From contig CP158636.1 of the NCBI GenBank assembly GCA_050273025.1, positions 8,060,001 through 8,124,000 of the forward strand: a DNA stretch of 64,000 nt, given 5' to 3'. The notes beneath the pieces are model-generated. The model did no database searches. It was given only the letters and a program-made list of their open reading frames with translations, and was not told the DNA's origin. A program made the translations under genes and the position numbers. The stretch is from Cenococcum geophilum (lineage: Eukaryota). This document shows, piece after piece, positions 39,012 through 52,754 of the stretch. The first letter of the stretch is position 1, and each line of letters begins with the position of its first letter.

Positions 39012-42000
39012 TGTCACGAAGTGAGTATAAGCGACGATAATATATAGTAAGGTAGATATTATTAAGCTATATATATAAACTGTGTAAGGAGGTTAAGACG
39101 TTGCGTAAGGAAAGAAGGTAGGAAAACGGGAAAAAAGGGCATATATTGTTAACTTAGTTGCTTAGTTAATACATATATAGAGCAGAATAGGGTTTAGGTT
39201 ATAGTCCTAGCAGAACTTAGCAGAATTTAGTAGAACTTAGCAGAATATAGCAAAATGCCGTAGATTGCCGTTAGATTGCCATTAGATTGCTATTAAATTG
39301 CTATTTCGCAGTTAGTCTCTAATTGCTAAGTTAGTAGAAATAGGTAGATGTGTGTAAGGTATTACGGGGGTGTCCCGTAATAGTACCCCCCCTTTAAACT
39401 CGAGCTTCTGCGAGATAGAGCTGTAGTAGTTCTAGGTAGAGTTTATAAAAGTCTTCTATGGCTTATATAAGTCCTATAGAGTTAACGGGTTCCCATAAGG
39501 ACTTAGTAAAGCCTCTTTATTTCATAAGATATATATATTAGCGTTTCTGTTTATTATACTTAATGTTATTAATTCTTTTAATAAAGTACTCGTTCTTACT
39601 ATCCAATTTAACTAGTGGGGGAGGGTTTTATATCTATTTAGGCAGGGCGTCTAATATAGGAGTAGTAGGGTGGAGGACTGACATATAGAATACGGGGTAG
39701 ATTTTAACCGTATTAGGGAGCTTTAGTTAGTAGGTATAGAAAAAGACAACCTTTTTAACCTTATAAGGGCTAGCGTTCTTCTAATTAAGCTTCTTAGTAG
39801 GTCGTTTTATATTTAGATTTCTTATATCTAGCTAGACAAAGTTACCAATTTAGTAGGCCAGTGCTAGGGTTCGTTTCTTATTTGCTGCGGCTTTATAGAT
39901 AGATTAAGCCTATATTATTTTATTAGTAAGGAACTATTATAGTTCCTCTATCTTCTTTATAAATTCATTTACTTTTATAACTTATAAGGCGTAACGAGTA
40001 GGGTAAGGAATATTATTAAAGGGTTCAAAACCCATTTATAGATGCTAGCCGTAGTTAGCTAGGAATAGGGAGATCTTTATAGTTTCTGAGATGGAATTAT
40101 TTATAGTAAACTTAGTAAATATAAGCTAGTCGATCTAGTTATCTTATAAGTATAACGTATATATCTAAATATATTGTTTTATTATAGCATTTATACGTTC
40201 TATTTAACCATCTATTTCTAGGTAGTATACCGTAGATAACAGTGCTTTAATGCGGAGTTAGGTAGTTAGTTCTTTCTAGAATATAAAGATAAACTAGCTG
40301 CCTTTATTGGAGATAATCGTTTTAGAATATCTATAGAGTTTCTATATATAATCCAGGAACAGTTAGGCGATAGTAGGTGTTAATATATTAGGATAGGCGA
40401 TTAAGTGTCTTATCTTAGATAGTCGGTTTATAACTACTATAATATTTATATAGCCCTTATTTACGGGAAGGTTAATAATAAAGTTAATTAAAATATCCTT
40501 CTATCTTCGGTCTGGAACAGGTAGTGGCTTTAGAAGGCCGTTATACGTCTTATACGAAGCTTTAGCTCGTCGGTAAATATAGCAGCTAGAGATATACCTT
40601 TGTATTATATTATATATATTTAGCTAATAGTATTCTCGTTAAAGCAATTCTAGGGTTTTTCCTTAGCCTAGGTGGCCGGCTATTAGTAGATTATATATAT
40701 GTTTAAGGAGCTTAAGCTTAAGTTCGTTATAGTTAGGTATAACTAGGCAGTTCTAGTAATATAAGCGGTTTCCGCAGGCTTTGCATTTACTTAGAGAAAT
40801 CTTTTTAGAGCGTCTGATGCTATTTTATATTAGCTTAAGCATCTCTTAGATAAACTTGTTATTTAGGTATTTATTAAATATAATTTAATTAATTAGTTAT
40901 TTTAAGGACATATACTATAAGATCTTTAGTAGGAGGGTTAAATAGTTTAGGGTAAAGTAGGGTTTAATTTCGGTAAAAACGCGCTTCTTTTAGGGCTGGC
41001 GTATCTTATAAGCATTAGGTTAGAGTATTAGGCTTCTAACCTTAAACGCCTAGGTAGTACATAATTAAGAATCGGAAACGAGATAAATATTCTAACCAGT
41101 AGGCCTAATAATAACTTAGTTATTTCGTGGTTGTAAAGTACTATAGGTTCTTATAGTCGCTAAGGACCTTAATTGGAAATCCGGCGCCTTCTAGTTTAGG
41201 TTACTATTGCTTAAAGTATCTAATAATAGCTAGCAATTCTTTATTATAGATCTTATAATTATATTTAGCAGGGCTTAGTTACTTTAAGAAGTATACTATA
41301 GGGCATAATACTCCTTCTTTATTATATTGAGACAGAATACCTTTAGTAATGTAATTAGATAAGTTAGCTTTTACAACACTTATTCGTTCTAGGTTAAAGT
41401 ATTAGAGTATAGGTATAGTAGTAAATATAACCTTTAAATAAGTAAAGGCCTTCTTATATTCCTTACCAAAGATAAAAGCTTTATCTTTTTAGGTTAGAGC
41501 TATAAGGGGTAAAACTAGGGCGGAGAAGTTATTAATAAACCGTTAGTAAAAGTTAGTAAATCCTATAAAGGCTCTTACGTCCTTAACGCTCTTAGGTTCT
41601 TACTAGTTTATAATTACTTTAACCTTCTTTAGGTCCATTTATATATTATTTATAGAAATAAGGAGTCTAAGGTATAGGACTTCTGTTTTATAAAACTTAC
41701 ATTTATCTATATCTAATTATAGACTAGCTCTATATAGGGCTTATAAAATAAAATTAACGTATTTCTAATATTTGGTTAGGTTATTACTATATATTAAGAT
41801 GTCGTTAATATAAGCAGTATAGAAGATGTCCAGGTAGGGGTGTAGGGTATTATTTATATAATATTAAAATAAGCTTAGAGCATTTATAAGGCCAAATAGT
41901 ATTACTAAGTATTTAAATAATCTATACCGAGTACGGAATATAGTAAGCTATTTATCTCCTTTTACTATACGGAGGCGGTTAAACGCAGAGATAATATTAA

Positions 42001-44796
42001 GCTTTGTATAATAGCGAGCCTTATTTAATTAGTTTAGTGTCTCCTATATTAACGGGATCGGATATTAGTTCTTAACGGTAATAGTATTAAGAGCTTAGTA
42101 GTTTATATAGAAGCGTAAACCGCCACCGGGTTTCTTAATAAAGATTACCAGTGCGGCTATAGGCGATAAACTTGCTCTAATAAATCCTTTAATTAGGTTC
42201 TTATCTAAATACTTTTATAGTACTTAAAGTTTATTTTAGGATATCCTATATAAGGGTCGAAATCTAAGCTGCTTTTCTTCTTTAAGTGCAATTTTATAGT
42301 TATACAATTGGTATTCTGGTAGCTTATTAGCTTCCTTTTATAAGAATACCTTTAGGCGGTTATAGTACTCTACTAGTACCTTTATAGCAGGGTTAGTGTA
42401 CTTTTTTAGTACTAAGGCCTTTTTAATATTAGCTATAGTGATAACGAAGATTATATATTTAGGTTTCTTAGCAAGTTGCGCTAGTAGGGTAGCTCTAATT
42501 ATATAGATATCTAGGGTGCCGAGCTTGCTTAGATTGTCTATAGTTTCTTATTTAGGTTTAGGTTTAGTATTAGGTACGGAGTTAGTATTAGATTTAGATT
42601 TGGGTTCTTTAGGGATCCTTTTTATAGTAAAATACTAGTCCTTCTAGTATTTTCGTGTATTAAGCTTAAGCTTCTGCTTAACTTAGGGTGGTATAGTACT
42701 TAGTAATAACTTATAGAATTTAGTGGAGTTTTTAGATCCTTAGTGGGTGTTAGTGGAATTCCTATATTAGTGGAATTTAGTGGAATTCTTATACTAGTGG
42801 AATCTAGTGGATTCCTTAGGCGTAGAGTGGATATTAGTGGAGATCTTATATTAGTGGAATTTAGTAGAATTCCTAGGTTAGTGGAATCTGGTGGATTTCT
42901 TAGGTATAGGGTAGATAGTTATAGAAATTTTAGACTAGTGGATCCTAGTAGATTTTTTAGGTTTTAATTTTAGGTCTAAGTAGTAAGTTATAAGGCACTT
43001 CTACTTATAACAGGAGGCGGTAAATAGAAGCTTAGGGTTGTCCTAATTAATAGTTACCTTATATAGCTTTATCTAGGGTTATTTAAGGATTACTAAGTGA
43101 CCCAGGGTGGTAATAAAAAGTTTAATTAATTCTTCGTGGTTTAGGTATCGGAGTCTTAGAAATACTACGTAGGTAATATAACCTAAGATGGTGCGTTTAC
43201 TATTAAATCTAAATACATTAATATGCCGGTTAAGGGAGGTTAGGGTAAAATTATTATCTTACGCAAAGATCTTGTTAATAAATCATATACCGCTAGCTCC
43301 TATATTAATTAGGATTTAAGCGTTAGCCTATTAACTATTCTGCTAAAGACAGTAGTTAATAGTTATACTATAGTCCTAAGAGGTAGAGTTTGTAACGTTA
43401 AATACGTTTAACAAGATCCTATAGTAGAGCTGTCCTAGAGAGCGACTTAGCTCTAGAACCTTCCTTTTAGAGATAATTAGGGTGGGGTTCTTATAGAACG
43501 TTAGTTATAGCTTTATCCTTATAAATGGTGCTTACTAGATATAGGGCTAAAACTAGGTAGAGATTAGGGATAGTAACCAGAAGATTAATACGGTAAACGG
43601 CTACTAGTATTAGTTGTTTATAAATCGTGTTTAGGTATAGGAATAGAGTAGTAGTTAGAGAGGTAGGAGCTACTTCTATATTTAAAGCAAAGGCCTAGCT
43701 TAATGCGTTATTCTCATTTAAAGGACCCTAGTAGGGCATACCCTAGGGTCCTAGTGTTAATATCTATAGCGTTAGGGTGCTTAGGCTGAGACGATAACTT
43801 AGTAGACGTTTATAGGGTTGTTATATTGTATTAAGGAGCGGGCTTTAGTATTAGGCGTAGTATATCATTATACCATTTATTAATAACGTTTACGTAGGCA
43901 TTAAGGGCTCCTAGTAGGTCTACGCCTATTAAGGAGGTTTTTAGTTCAGGACTTAGAGATTTAATAAGGCTATTAATTAGTGCGGAGTTGTTCCAGCCTA
44001 TTTCCTTTATATAACGGTTAAATTTAGAGAAGTATATTAGAAAACTTTTCGTTCCTTAAGTTATATAGTTTATCTTTCTTTAAGTAGTAGCTTAGCGGTT
44101 TAGGTTACTATATATAGCTTTAAGAAGTATAACTAGGCTTTGCACTAAGTTTGGCTAAAGAGGTTTAATAAGGTCTGCTATATCTCCTCCTAGTTAACTT
44201 AGGGCGTAACAGAGTTAATTAGCTTTAGTTAGGTAACGGTTAGCATTACTAGTTAGCTTATTATTAATTTAAAGTAGCTTAGTTCTGTTTAAGGGCGTCT
44301 ATAAAAGACTTCTGTATCCCTACTAATTGTTTTTAGAGTGTGGATATAATACCGGCGGCCATTATAGGGGCTTTAGGTTCGTTCTGTATATTAATAATAA
44401 TATAGGTAGTTAACGCAATATAGTATTACGGAGTAAGTATAAGCGACAATAATATATAGTAAGGTAGATATTATTAAGCTATATATATAAACTGTATAAG
44501 GAGGTTAAGACATTATGTAAAAAAAAAGAAGGTAAGAAAACGGGAAGAAAGGGTATATATTATTAACTTAGTTACTTAGTTAATATATATATAGGGCAGA
44601 ATAGGGTTTAGGTTATAGTCCTAGTAGAACTTAGTAAAATTTAGTGGAACTTAGCAGAATATAGCAGAATACCGTAGATTGCCGTTAGATTGCTATTAGA
44701 TTGCTATTAGATTGCCATTTTATAGTTAGTCTTTAATTGCTAAGTCGGTAGAAACAGGTAGATGTGTACAAGGTGTTACGGGGGTGTCCCATAACA
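39012..44796 (-). mobile_element. Chromoviral Gypsy G3, copy 2 (about 260-bp deletion in gag)
   Basis: LTRs at 39012-39382 and 44424-44796; TSD GGAAG. Colinear with 28515-34452 except for the deletion at about 44260 and extra linker repeats at 42720-42900. Confidence 0.96.
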
Positions 44797-46081
44797 GGAA
44801 GGATATTTATTTACTTTATTTAGGGGGGTAATTAACTAGCGCTCTATTAAGTAAATATTAGTAATAAAGTTAAGTATAGAGGTAGAGCTTACGGCTCTAT
44901 CCCATACAGGAATAGAGTTAATTTAGTAAACTCGCTTCCTTAAGGAAATTAAATTATCTTTAAATAAGAAGCAAACGATTTACTATAATAATCTATAGAC
45001 AATTTAACTACTTATAAAAGATGGACTAGAGCTATCTACAAAGCTCTAATATATAGACATATACTACTACTAGCTCCGTTAAGAAGTATATAATAATTAA
45101 ACTAGAATTAACTAGATGTGTAACGAAGCCTTATAGGAAATACTACGGTAGACTTATTAATAGGCTGGGTATATAGGTATAGAATAGTTAATAACGTAAA
45201 TATAACTAGTAGAGTAGTTGCCTAACAGATTAACTCCAATTATATTCTAAGATTTACTATAAAGAGAAGAAGAACCATCTATAGAGACCGTATATCCTTA
45301 AATATATAACTCCTCCCCATAGTAAAAGGTTTAGTACGTTAGTACGTTAGTACGTTAGTATATCGCGTTCCTATATTCCTACGTTCCTATATTCTAAACT
45401 TATAATATAACTAGCCATATAACTTAGCTACCCCTTATTTTATAGCTTAATTAGTTCTAGCGCCTCCTGTACTATCTTAATTAACTTATTTATATCCCTT
45501 TTTAATAGTAATACTACTACTAATATAAGATCCGCAATACTATCCTCCTCCTCTTTATAATGAAGCCTTGTAGGAAATACTATGGTAGACTTATTAATGG
45601 GCTAGGTATATAGGTATAGAATAGTTAACAACGTAAATATAACTAGTGGAGTGGTTCCCTAATAGATTAACTCTAATTATATTCTAAGATTTACTATAAA
45701 GAAGAGAAACTATCTATAGAGACCGTGTGTCCTTAAATATATAACTCCTCCCTATAGTAAAGGTTTAGTACGTTAGTACGTTAGTATATTAGTATATTAC
45801 GTTCCCACGTTCCTACGTTTTTATATTCCGAACTTATAACGTAACTAACTATATAACTTGACTACCCCTTATTTTATAGCTTAATTAGTTTTAGTGCCTC
45901 CTATACTATCTTAACTAACCTATTTATATCCCTTTTTAGTAGTACTACTACGGCTAATATAAGGTCCGTAATACTATCCCCCTCCTCTTTATCTTCGTCC
46001 TTAAAGATATCTCCTATCTTTAAGTTGTTTATTAAAGATATAGCATTCCTATTCTTAATTTAATAACCTTTATTATTTCTA

Positions 46082-46735
46082 ATACCTCCTATTAGATCCT
46101 TTATATCTAATTATTATAATTAGCTAGTAACATTTATTCTTTTACTTAGTAAAGTTATACCGTCCTATTCTTATTATATAGAGAAAAAGTTAATATATAT
46201 TATAATTATAGCTCTGTTTAGCTGCTAACCTTCTTTATATACTAAGTATACGCCAGCAAATATATAGTTGTTTTATAATATTTAATCCGTCTCTAATACT
46301 AAATATATACGTTTTATTCTTTATAACTATTTAGTTTCTTATCTAATTTGTCTTAGGGTCTTATATATTAGTAGTAGCTAAAATATTAAAGAGTAAGCTA
46401 GCTAAGGCCCTTATTAAAGTTTAATATTATTTTAATAAGGCGTCTTAGGTTTAAAAGCTTAACTAGATATTTATACTTATCTAAGCCGTCTAGTAAAGGT
46501 TTATAAAAAGGTACGCTTAAAGGAGTTACGTTTAGTAGAGTAAGGTCTATTTAAGCTTAAGGTTAAGGAGGCTAAAAAGGATTCTAATTAAAAAGAGGCG
46601 AAAATAACTTATACGCTAGTAGTAGATCTCTTAGATAATTTAGCTTATTTATTACCTTTAACTAATCCCTTTATCTTTAGCTCCTTCTTAATATTACCTA
46701 ACCTATTTTTTTAATACTCTTATACCTTTTCTATA
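46082..46735 (+). pseudogene. RIP-inactivated antisense accessory gene of G2b (Zn2Cys6-like motif plus coiled coil)
   Basis: Same reading frame and intron as the 61354 copy. 3' end approximate. Confidence 0.65.
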
Positions 46736-49700
46736 GTATTTTTTTTAAAATTCTATAGTAGTTCCTAGGTAGTCTTATTATAGCCTATCTACTTTACCTT
46801 ATACTATATTTTATTGTTAATATTCTTATAACTAATAATCTTTAAAACTTATTATTTATCCTCCTCTTATCCTCTATATATGTCTACTTTATAAATTAGT
46901 AGCTTAATATTCCTATATACTAGCTCTAGTATTATAATATACTATATAGGGTAGATCTTAATTTTGGCTAGTAGGTTTAACTTAAATATAACTAGTAAAA
47001 TCCTTTATATAATTTTAAAAGGTCCTAGCCTAACGTAGTTTAATTTCTTACTTAGTTATTAACTTTTAAAAATTTTATATAGTAGCTATACTTTGTCCCC
47101 CTCCTTAAGATCTAGTCCCTTAGATCTCTTAGCGTTATAGTACCTTTTTATTCTCTCTTATACCTTTTTTACTAATTCTATAAAGTCTATATAAAGATTT
47201 ATTAATATCTTTATTTTTTCTTTAGCTATACTACCTATTTTCTTTACTTATTATAGTAATAATAATATTCTTAGCTTATATCTATAATTTGCCTTAAATA
47301 GTAATATACCTATCCCTTTCTATAATATTATATTATATATAAACTATATAACTAGTAATAATAACACCCAATTATTCTATACGTAGTTAATATAATATCT
47401 TAAATACTATTCTAGTGTCTAATTTAATCTTTCTATTTATCCGTCCGTCTATATATAATATATATTAGAAGTTATTACTCTAACTTCTTATTCCGCTAAG
47501 AATACCTCCTAAAATACTGCTATAAATCTTAGATCTTTATTTAATATAATTTTACTTAGTACTCTATACCTTATAAATACTTTCTTAATATAGATTCTAG
47601 TAATATCTTCTATTAAGATTTCTTTTATATATGCTATAAAGTAGCCCTACTTAGTTAACTTATCTACTATTACTAAGATTATATTATACTCTTATCTAGT
47701 AATAGGATCTTTTAACTTTAGTAGCTTAATAATAAAGTCCTATAATATAACCTCCTATAGTCTCTCTAGTATTTTAATAGGTTATAGCCCTCTATATAGC
47801 TTATACCTTATTAGTTTATTTCTCTAGCAATCTAAATATTTCTTTATTACTTTTCTAGCTATACCCTAAATTCCATTAATAATATATTCTTCTTAAAGTT
47901 TTAACACTAAGCCTATTACTCTGTTATGCCCTTAAGTTATTCCCTTATAAAAGTCTTCTATAAAATGCTCTGCTATGCTCTTTAGGATATACTTTACTTC
48001 TTAGTTTTTATATATATCTATCTATAGGTCTTTTAGCTATACTTTTAGAATTCTTTATACCTAAAAGCTTTTTAGTATCTTATAGACTCTTTCTAGTTTT
48101 TTATCCTCTTAGGTTACTATTAGCTTAGGGTAATTATATCTAATTAATCTGTTATTATCTCTGCGTAGTATTACTCCTAATAGTTTCCTATTATTCTATA
48201 GTTTAGTCTTTCTACTAAGCGCGTCCACCCTTATATTCTTAGTTCCTTTAGTATACTAAATCCTAAAATAGTATTCTATAAGTATTTCTACCTATTTAAC
48301 CTATCTTTAATTAAGTTCTTTTATTATTAGGAACCCTATTAGGTTCTTATAATCCGTCTTAACTATAAATAGTTTTTCTACGCCTTATAAGAATGCTCTC
48401 TATTTTTTTAGTACTATAACTATACTTAATAACTTTTTATTATAGATATTATAGTTTAATTCTAGTGGTGTTATTTTCTAACTATAGTACGCTACTAAGT
48501 ACTATATGTTCTCTTACTTTTATAGCAAATATGCTCCTAGTATAAAGTCTAATATATCTATTTCTATAACTATATTTAGTCCTAGTTAATAAATTTTAAG
48601 AATTAGCTCCTAGGTAAACAACTCTTTAAGTTCCTTAAATAACTTCCTTTATTTATCTCCCTATACCTATAGTTCCTCTTTCTTTATAAGCCTAGTAAAC
48701 GGTTTAATATTCTTTAACTACTATACTATAAACCTTTTACAGTAGTTATAAACCCCTAGAAATAACCTTAACTGCGTTACGTTTTCTAGTTCTTACTAAC
48801 TTACTATAGCTTTTATTTTCTTTAGGTCTATATTAATATAACCTAGTTTAATAATAAATTTAATAAAATTAGTCTTCCTAGTAAAGAACTTATATTTTTT
48901 AATTACTACTAGTATCTGTTCTTTTTATAGTCTCTTTAAAACCTATTTAATATATTCCCTATATTCTTCCTTAGTTATTAAGTAGATAATAATATTGTTA
49001 AGGTATACTATAATAAACTTATTAAGGTGTTCTTCTAATACGCTATTAATTTATTTCTAAAATATTGCTAATATATTTATTAATCTAAATTGCATTATTA
49101 ATAGCTTATATAGTCCTTCCTTTAACCTAAAGGCTGCCTTTTATTTATTGCCTTCCTTAATTTTAATCTAATAGTACGCCTATCTTAGATCTATCTTTAT
49201 AAAGATTTACGCATTACTTATCCTATCTTAGATTTTACTAATTAAGGGTAAAGGATACCTATCCTTCTAAGTAATACTATTTAACTATTTATAGTTAATA
49301 TATAGCCTAAGTTTTCTATTCTTCTTTTGTACAAATAGTACTAGATATCCTACTAATAACTATAATAGTTTAATATATTCCTTTTATAAGTTTTCCTAGA
49401 TAAACTCTTTAAGTACTTTTAACTCCTCTTAAGTAAGCTTATAGGTTAGAAAGAATCTTAAACTTATTTCTAGTTCTAACTCTATTTTATAGTCCTATAC
49501 TATATAATTTACTAGCTTTTTACTTTTTAGGCTCTATAGCTTCTTGCCATACTTATAGTATTTCTTTAGTATATAACTTAAGCCTTACTTAGTCTCCTTA
49601 TATATCGCTCCAACTTAGTACTATACTAACTTAGTTTATTATTATATTTTATAGCATTAAGTATTTTTAATATCGACTTAACCTATAACTCAATTAATTT

Positions 49701-50441
49701 TTAGATTATATTTCTATAACTAAGGCATTTTTAACACTGCCTTATCCCGTCCTAATGGTAGGATATTAAAAAATATTTTAATTTATCTCCCTTTAATAGT
49801 TATCTAAATAGGTCCTATTTTACGGTTAATAATCCCTTTTTTATAGGTTATTAGATCTCCTAAAATTATAACTAATAAGTAATATTGTTCCTTCTATCTA
49901 TAAGATAATCCTATTTTTTTTATTACTATTAGTAAAATATAGTTCCGCGTTACTTTACTATCTATTAATACTTTAAACTATTAATTTTACTAATTAATTT
50001 ATAAATTTAGGTATTATCCTTAAATTTCTTTAAGGGTTTAAGGCTCTATTACTAGCTCCCTTTAGTTTTATAAACCTCTACTTTTCCTAACTATTAGCTG
50101 CTTAATCTAGTTATACTTAACTTATTCTTTAGCTAATACCTAGTTTACTTTTTATCCTCTATATCCTATAAATACGTATTCTTTAGGTATTTCTACTACT
50201 ATTATTTATCTAAGCATTCTTCTATAAGGAATCTTCCTAGTTAAAGTATTAAGTCCCCTAACTTCTAAACTTCTACTAGATACTATATGTGCATATACTT
50301 AGTATTTTTATATTATTGCTTATCTAGCGCCTAATATATCCTTATAGGGTACTTCTAATTCTTTTTTTTTAGGTTTTTATGCATATTGTATATATCGTCT
50401 ATATATATAATCCATAATAGTATATAGTGTGCTAGGTGCTT

Positions 50442-52330
50442 CATCAGCAAAATGTTTGTGCCTCCTGACAGCTCCTGACAGCTCCTGTCAGGGCTATCAG
50501 GAGCTCCAGGAGACACTCACACTCGGCATCCTGTCAGGAACCTGTCAGGAGGTCGCCCGGACCACTAGGACTACCAGGACCTCCAGGACCTCCAGGACCT
50601 CCAGGACCTCCAGGACCTCCAGGACCATCAGGACCATCAGGACCATCAGGACAACAATAAAAATTCTAGATTTAAAAATAGGGTATATTAACACTCTAGT
50701 ATTTACAGCTAGTCAAAAAATATATAATTAATTTAATTATATAATCTAAATAATCCAAATCAATCTTTCCTGCCTACCGCCTGCGTCTGTCATAGGAGCT
50801 CTACGATCGCTCGGGCGTCGGGCGATTGACTGAGGAGCCTCTCGCGGAGGCCCCAAATCGTCGATTGGCGGTGTTCCCGATGATCCGCCGGCCGTGTGCT
50901 GATTTCCTAACTAGGTTTAGTGCCTGCCTGTCTGCCTGTCCTGCCTGTCCTGCCTGTCCTGCCTGTCCTGCCTGTCCTACCTGTCTTACCGTCCTACCTG
51001 TTCGTGCCTACCTGTCTGTGCCTATCTGTCTGTATCTGTAATTCGGGGGAGAGGTCGGCCCGATCGAAGGTTCTGCTTGATTCGACTGATCATATTGGTT
51101 CGGTTGCGATTGATTGTATTGATTCGAATCGTTCTCTATGGGCGTTCGCTGGCTGTACGTTTGAACGGTGGTCGTCTGGGGTGCCTCCTTAGGAGGCCTT
51201 GATTCGATTTGATTCGGTAACGGGCTGATATTGAGGCTCTAGTTCGATTCGATCGATCGATTGAATCTATTGTGGTGTTCGCTGGCTGGTCGTTCGAACG
51301 ATTATCGTCTGGCTCTGGCGACGGTCGTCTAGCTCCGACGACGGCCGTCTAGCTCTGGCGACGGTCATCTGGCTCTGGCGACGGTCGTCTGGTTCTGGCG
51401 ACGGTCTCTGGTTCTGGCGACGGTCCTCTCCTACCTGCCTCCTGCCTGCCTATGTCAGTATCTAATTCAATTCGGGGGAGGGTTCGGCCCGATTGAAGGC
51501 TCTAATTGATTCAGATCGTTCTCTATGGCCGTTCGCTAGCTATACATTCGAACGGTGGTCGTCTAGGGTGCCTCCCTAGGAGGCCTTGATTCGATTCGGT
51601 GATGGGCCAATATCGAAGCTCTGGTTTGATTCGATCGGTCGATCAATTGAATTGTTCGTGGTATTCGCTGGCTGGTTGTTCGAGTGGTCGTCGTCTAGTT
51701 CTAGTATCGGTTGTCTGGCTCTAGGACGGTAATCTGGTTCTGGCAACGGTCGTCTGGTTCTGGCGACGGTCGTCTGGTTCTAGCGATAGTTGTCTGGTTC
51801 TAGCGACGGTCCTCTGCTGGCTGCTGTTCTAGTGCCTCCTAAGGTAGGGAGGATGTAAGGAAGGGTAAGAAATAAGGTGGCTACAAAGGTAACTTGGCAG
51901 AGGCACGTGTAGGCTATCGGGAATATAGCGGGGACCCGATAGCACTGTGCGTCGCGCCCGATAGCACTATGTGTCGCGCGCGCGCACCTAAGGTAGGGGG
52001 TTGTGTGCATAGGTGTCGCTTTAGGGGGGGGGTGGGAGGGGTGTCGCTTAGGGGTATCCTGCCAGGAACCTGACAGGACGATCAGGAAATACTAGTTTCC
52101 TGTCAGGACCCTGACAGGACCCTGACAGGAACGATTAGGAAAATCAAAGATCCTGCCAGGAGCCTGTCAGGACAATCAGGACGATCAGGAAAATCAAAAT
52201 CCTGCCAGGAGCCTGCCAGGAGCCTGCCAGGAGCCTGTCAGGAGCCTGTCAGGACCTCCAGGACCTCCAGGACAATCAAAATCCTGTCAGGAGGCCTCCA
52301 GGATCTTGGCACCCCAACAAAATGCTGATG
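50442..52330. mobile_element. Non-autonomous TIR element, 1889 bp, GC-rich, probably CACTA/CMC-like
   Basis: Termini CATCAGCA...TGCTGATG with further imperfect TGTT..GTGCC match. TT on both sides; a 2-bp TSD restores the G2b frame (RVNLKHLAH). Many subterminal CCTGNCAGG motifs at both ends. Internal 9-bp, 21-bp and about 400-bp repeats. Confidence 0.75.
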
Positions 52331-52754
52331 TTTAGGTTAACTCTTAACTTATCTTTATTTTTAAGTTTAAACCTTTATTATATTAATCTAAATATTACAA
52401 CTTTATTTATAGGTACTAAGATTTACCTTTTACTTTTTTAGTTTTCTAACTGTTCCTTTAGATCCTTTAATATTATAATTAAGGCTCCTTTAATATAACT
52501 TATAGCCTTTTCTATAATAGGGTAGTCCTAGATAACTTATTTATCTAACTATATATAGAAATCTTCTTACTTATTATTATATTGTTGCCTATACTACTTT
52601 TAGTATAGCTGCTAGAGTATATATAGCTTATCTATAAGGAAGTATCTTTTTATTACTATATTATAATAGCCCTTTATATATCGTTTTTTAAACCTAGTAA
52701 GGATCCCTAGATCCTCTTCTTATTCTAGTTTAGTAAGCTACTTTACTCTTAGCG

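Larger units (their letters stand above)
3824..45118 (+). mobile_element. Ty1/Copia element C2 (gag-pol, about 4.1 kb net) split into 7 segments: 3824-3985, 4329-5508, 11513-11911, 36400-36762, 37086-38555, 38748-39011, 44797-45118
   Basis: Segments rejoin across TSDs in Copia domain order: gag (WEKVYKDC..LPEV), pre-integrase (CETCAVSKA), integrase (LPEELWPE..AAAYIMNRTP), RT (KWVFTYK..KFKARLCVRG; FFYVDD) and RNase H (SDAAFGDD..RSTEGY; TKLRHIDIHHHWLRQE). No LTR of this element was found in the window. Confidence 0.9.

Noticed and set aside
45119..45973. TRIM or tandem-LTR mini-element
   Set aside because: Explained by nested insertion of G2b with TSD CTCTT.
50429..52010. ORFs within the GC-rich element (RTS, PAC, PVL repeats)
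   Set aside because: They derive from 9-bp and 21-bp tandem repeats, one crosses the element boundary, and no domain is recognisable.
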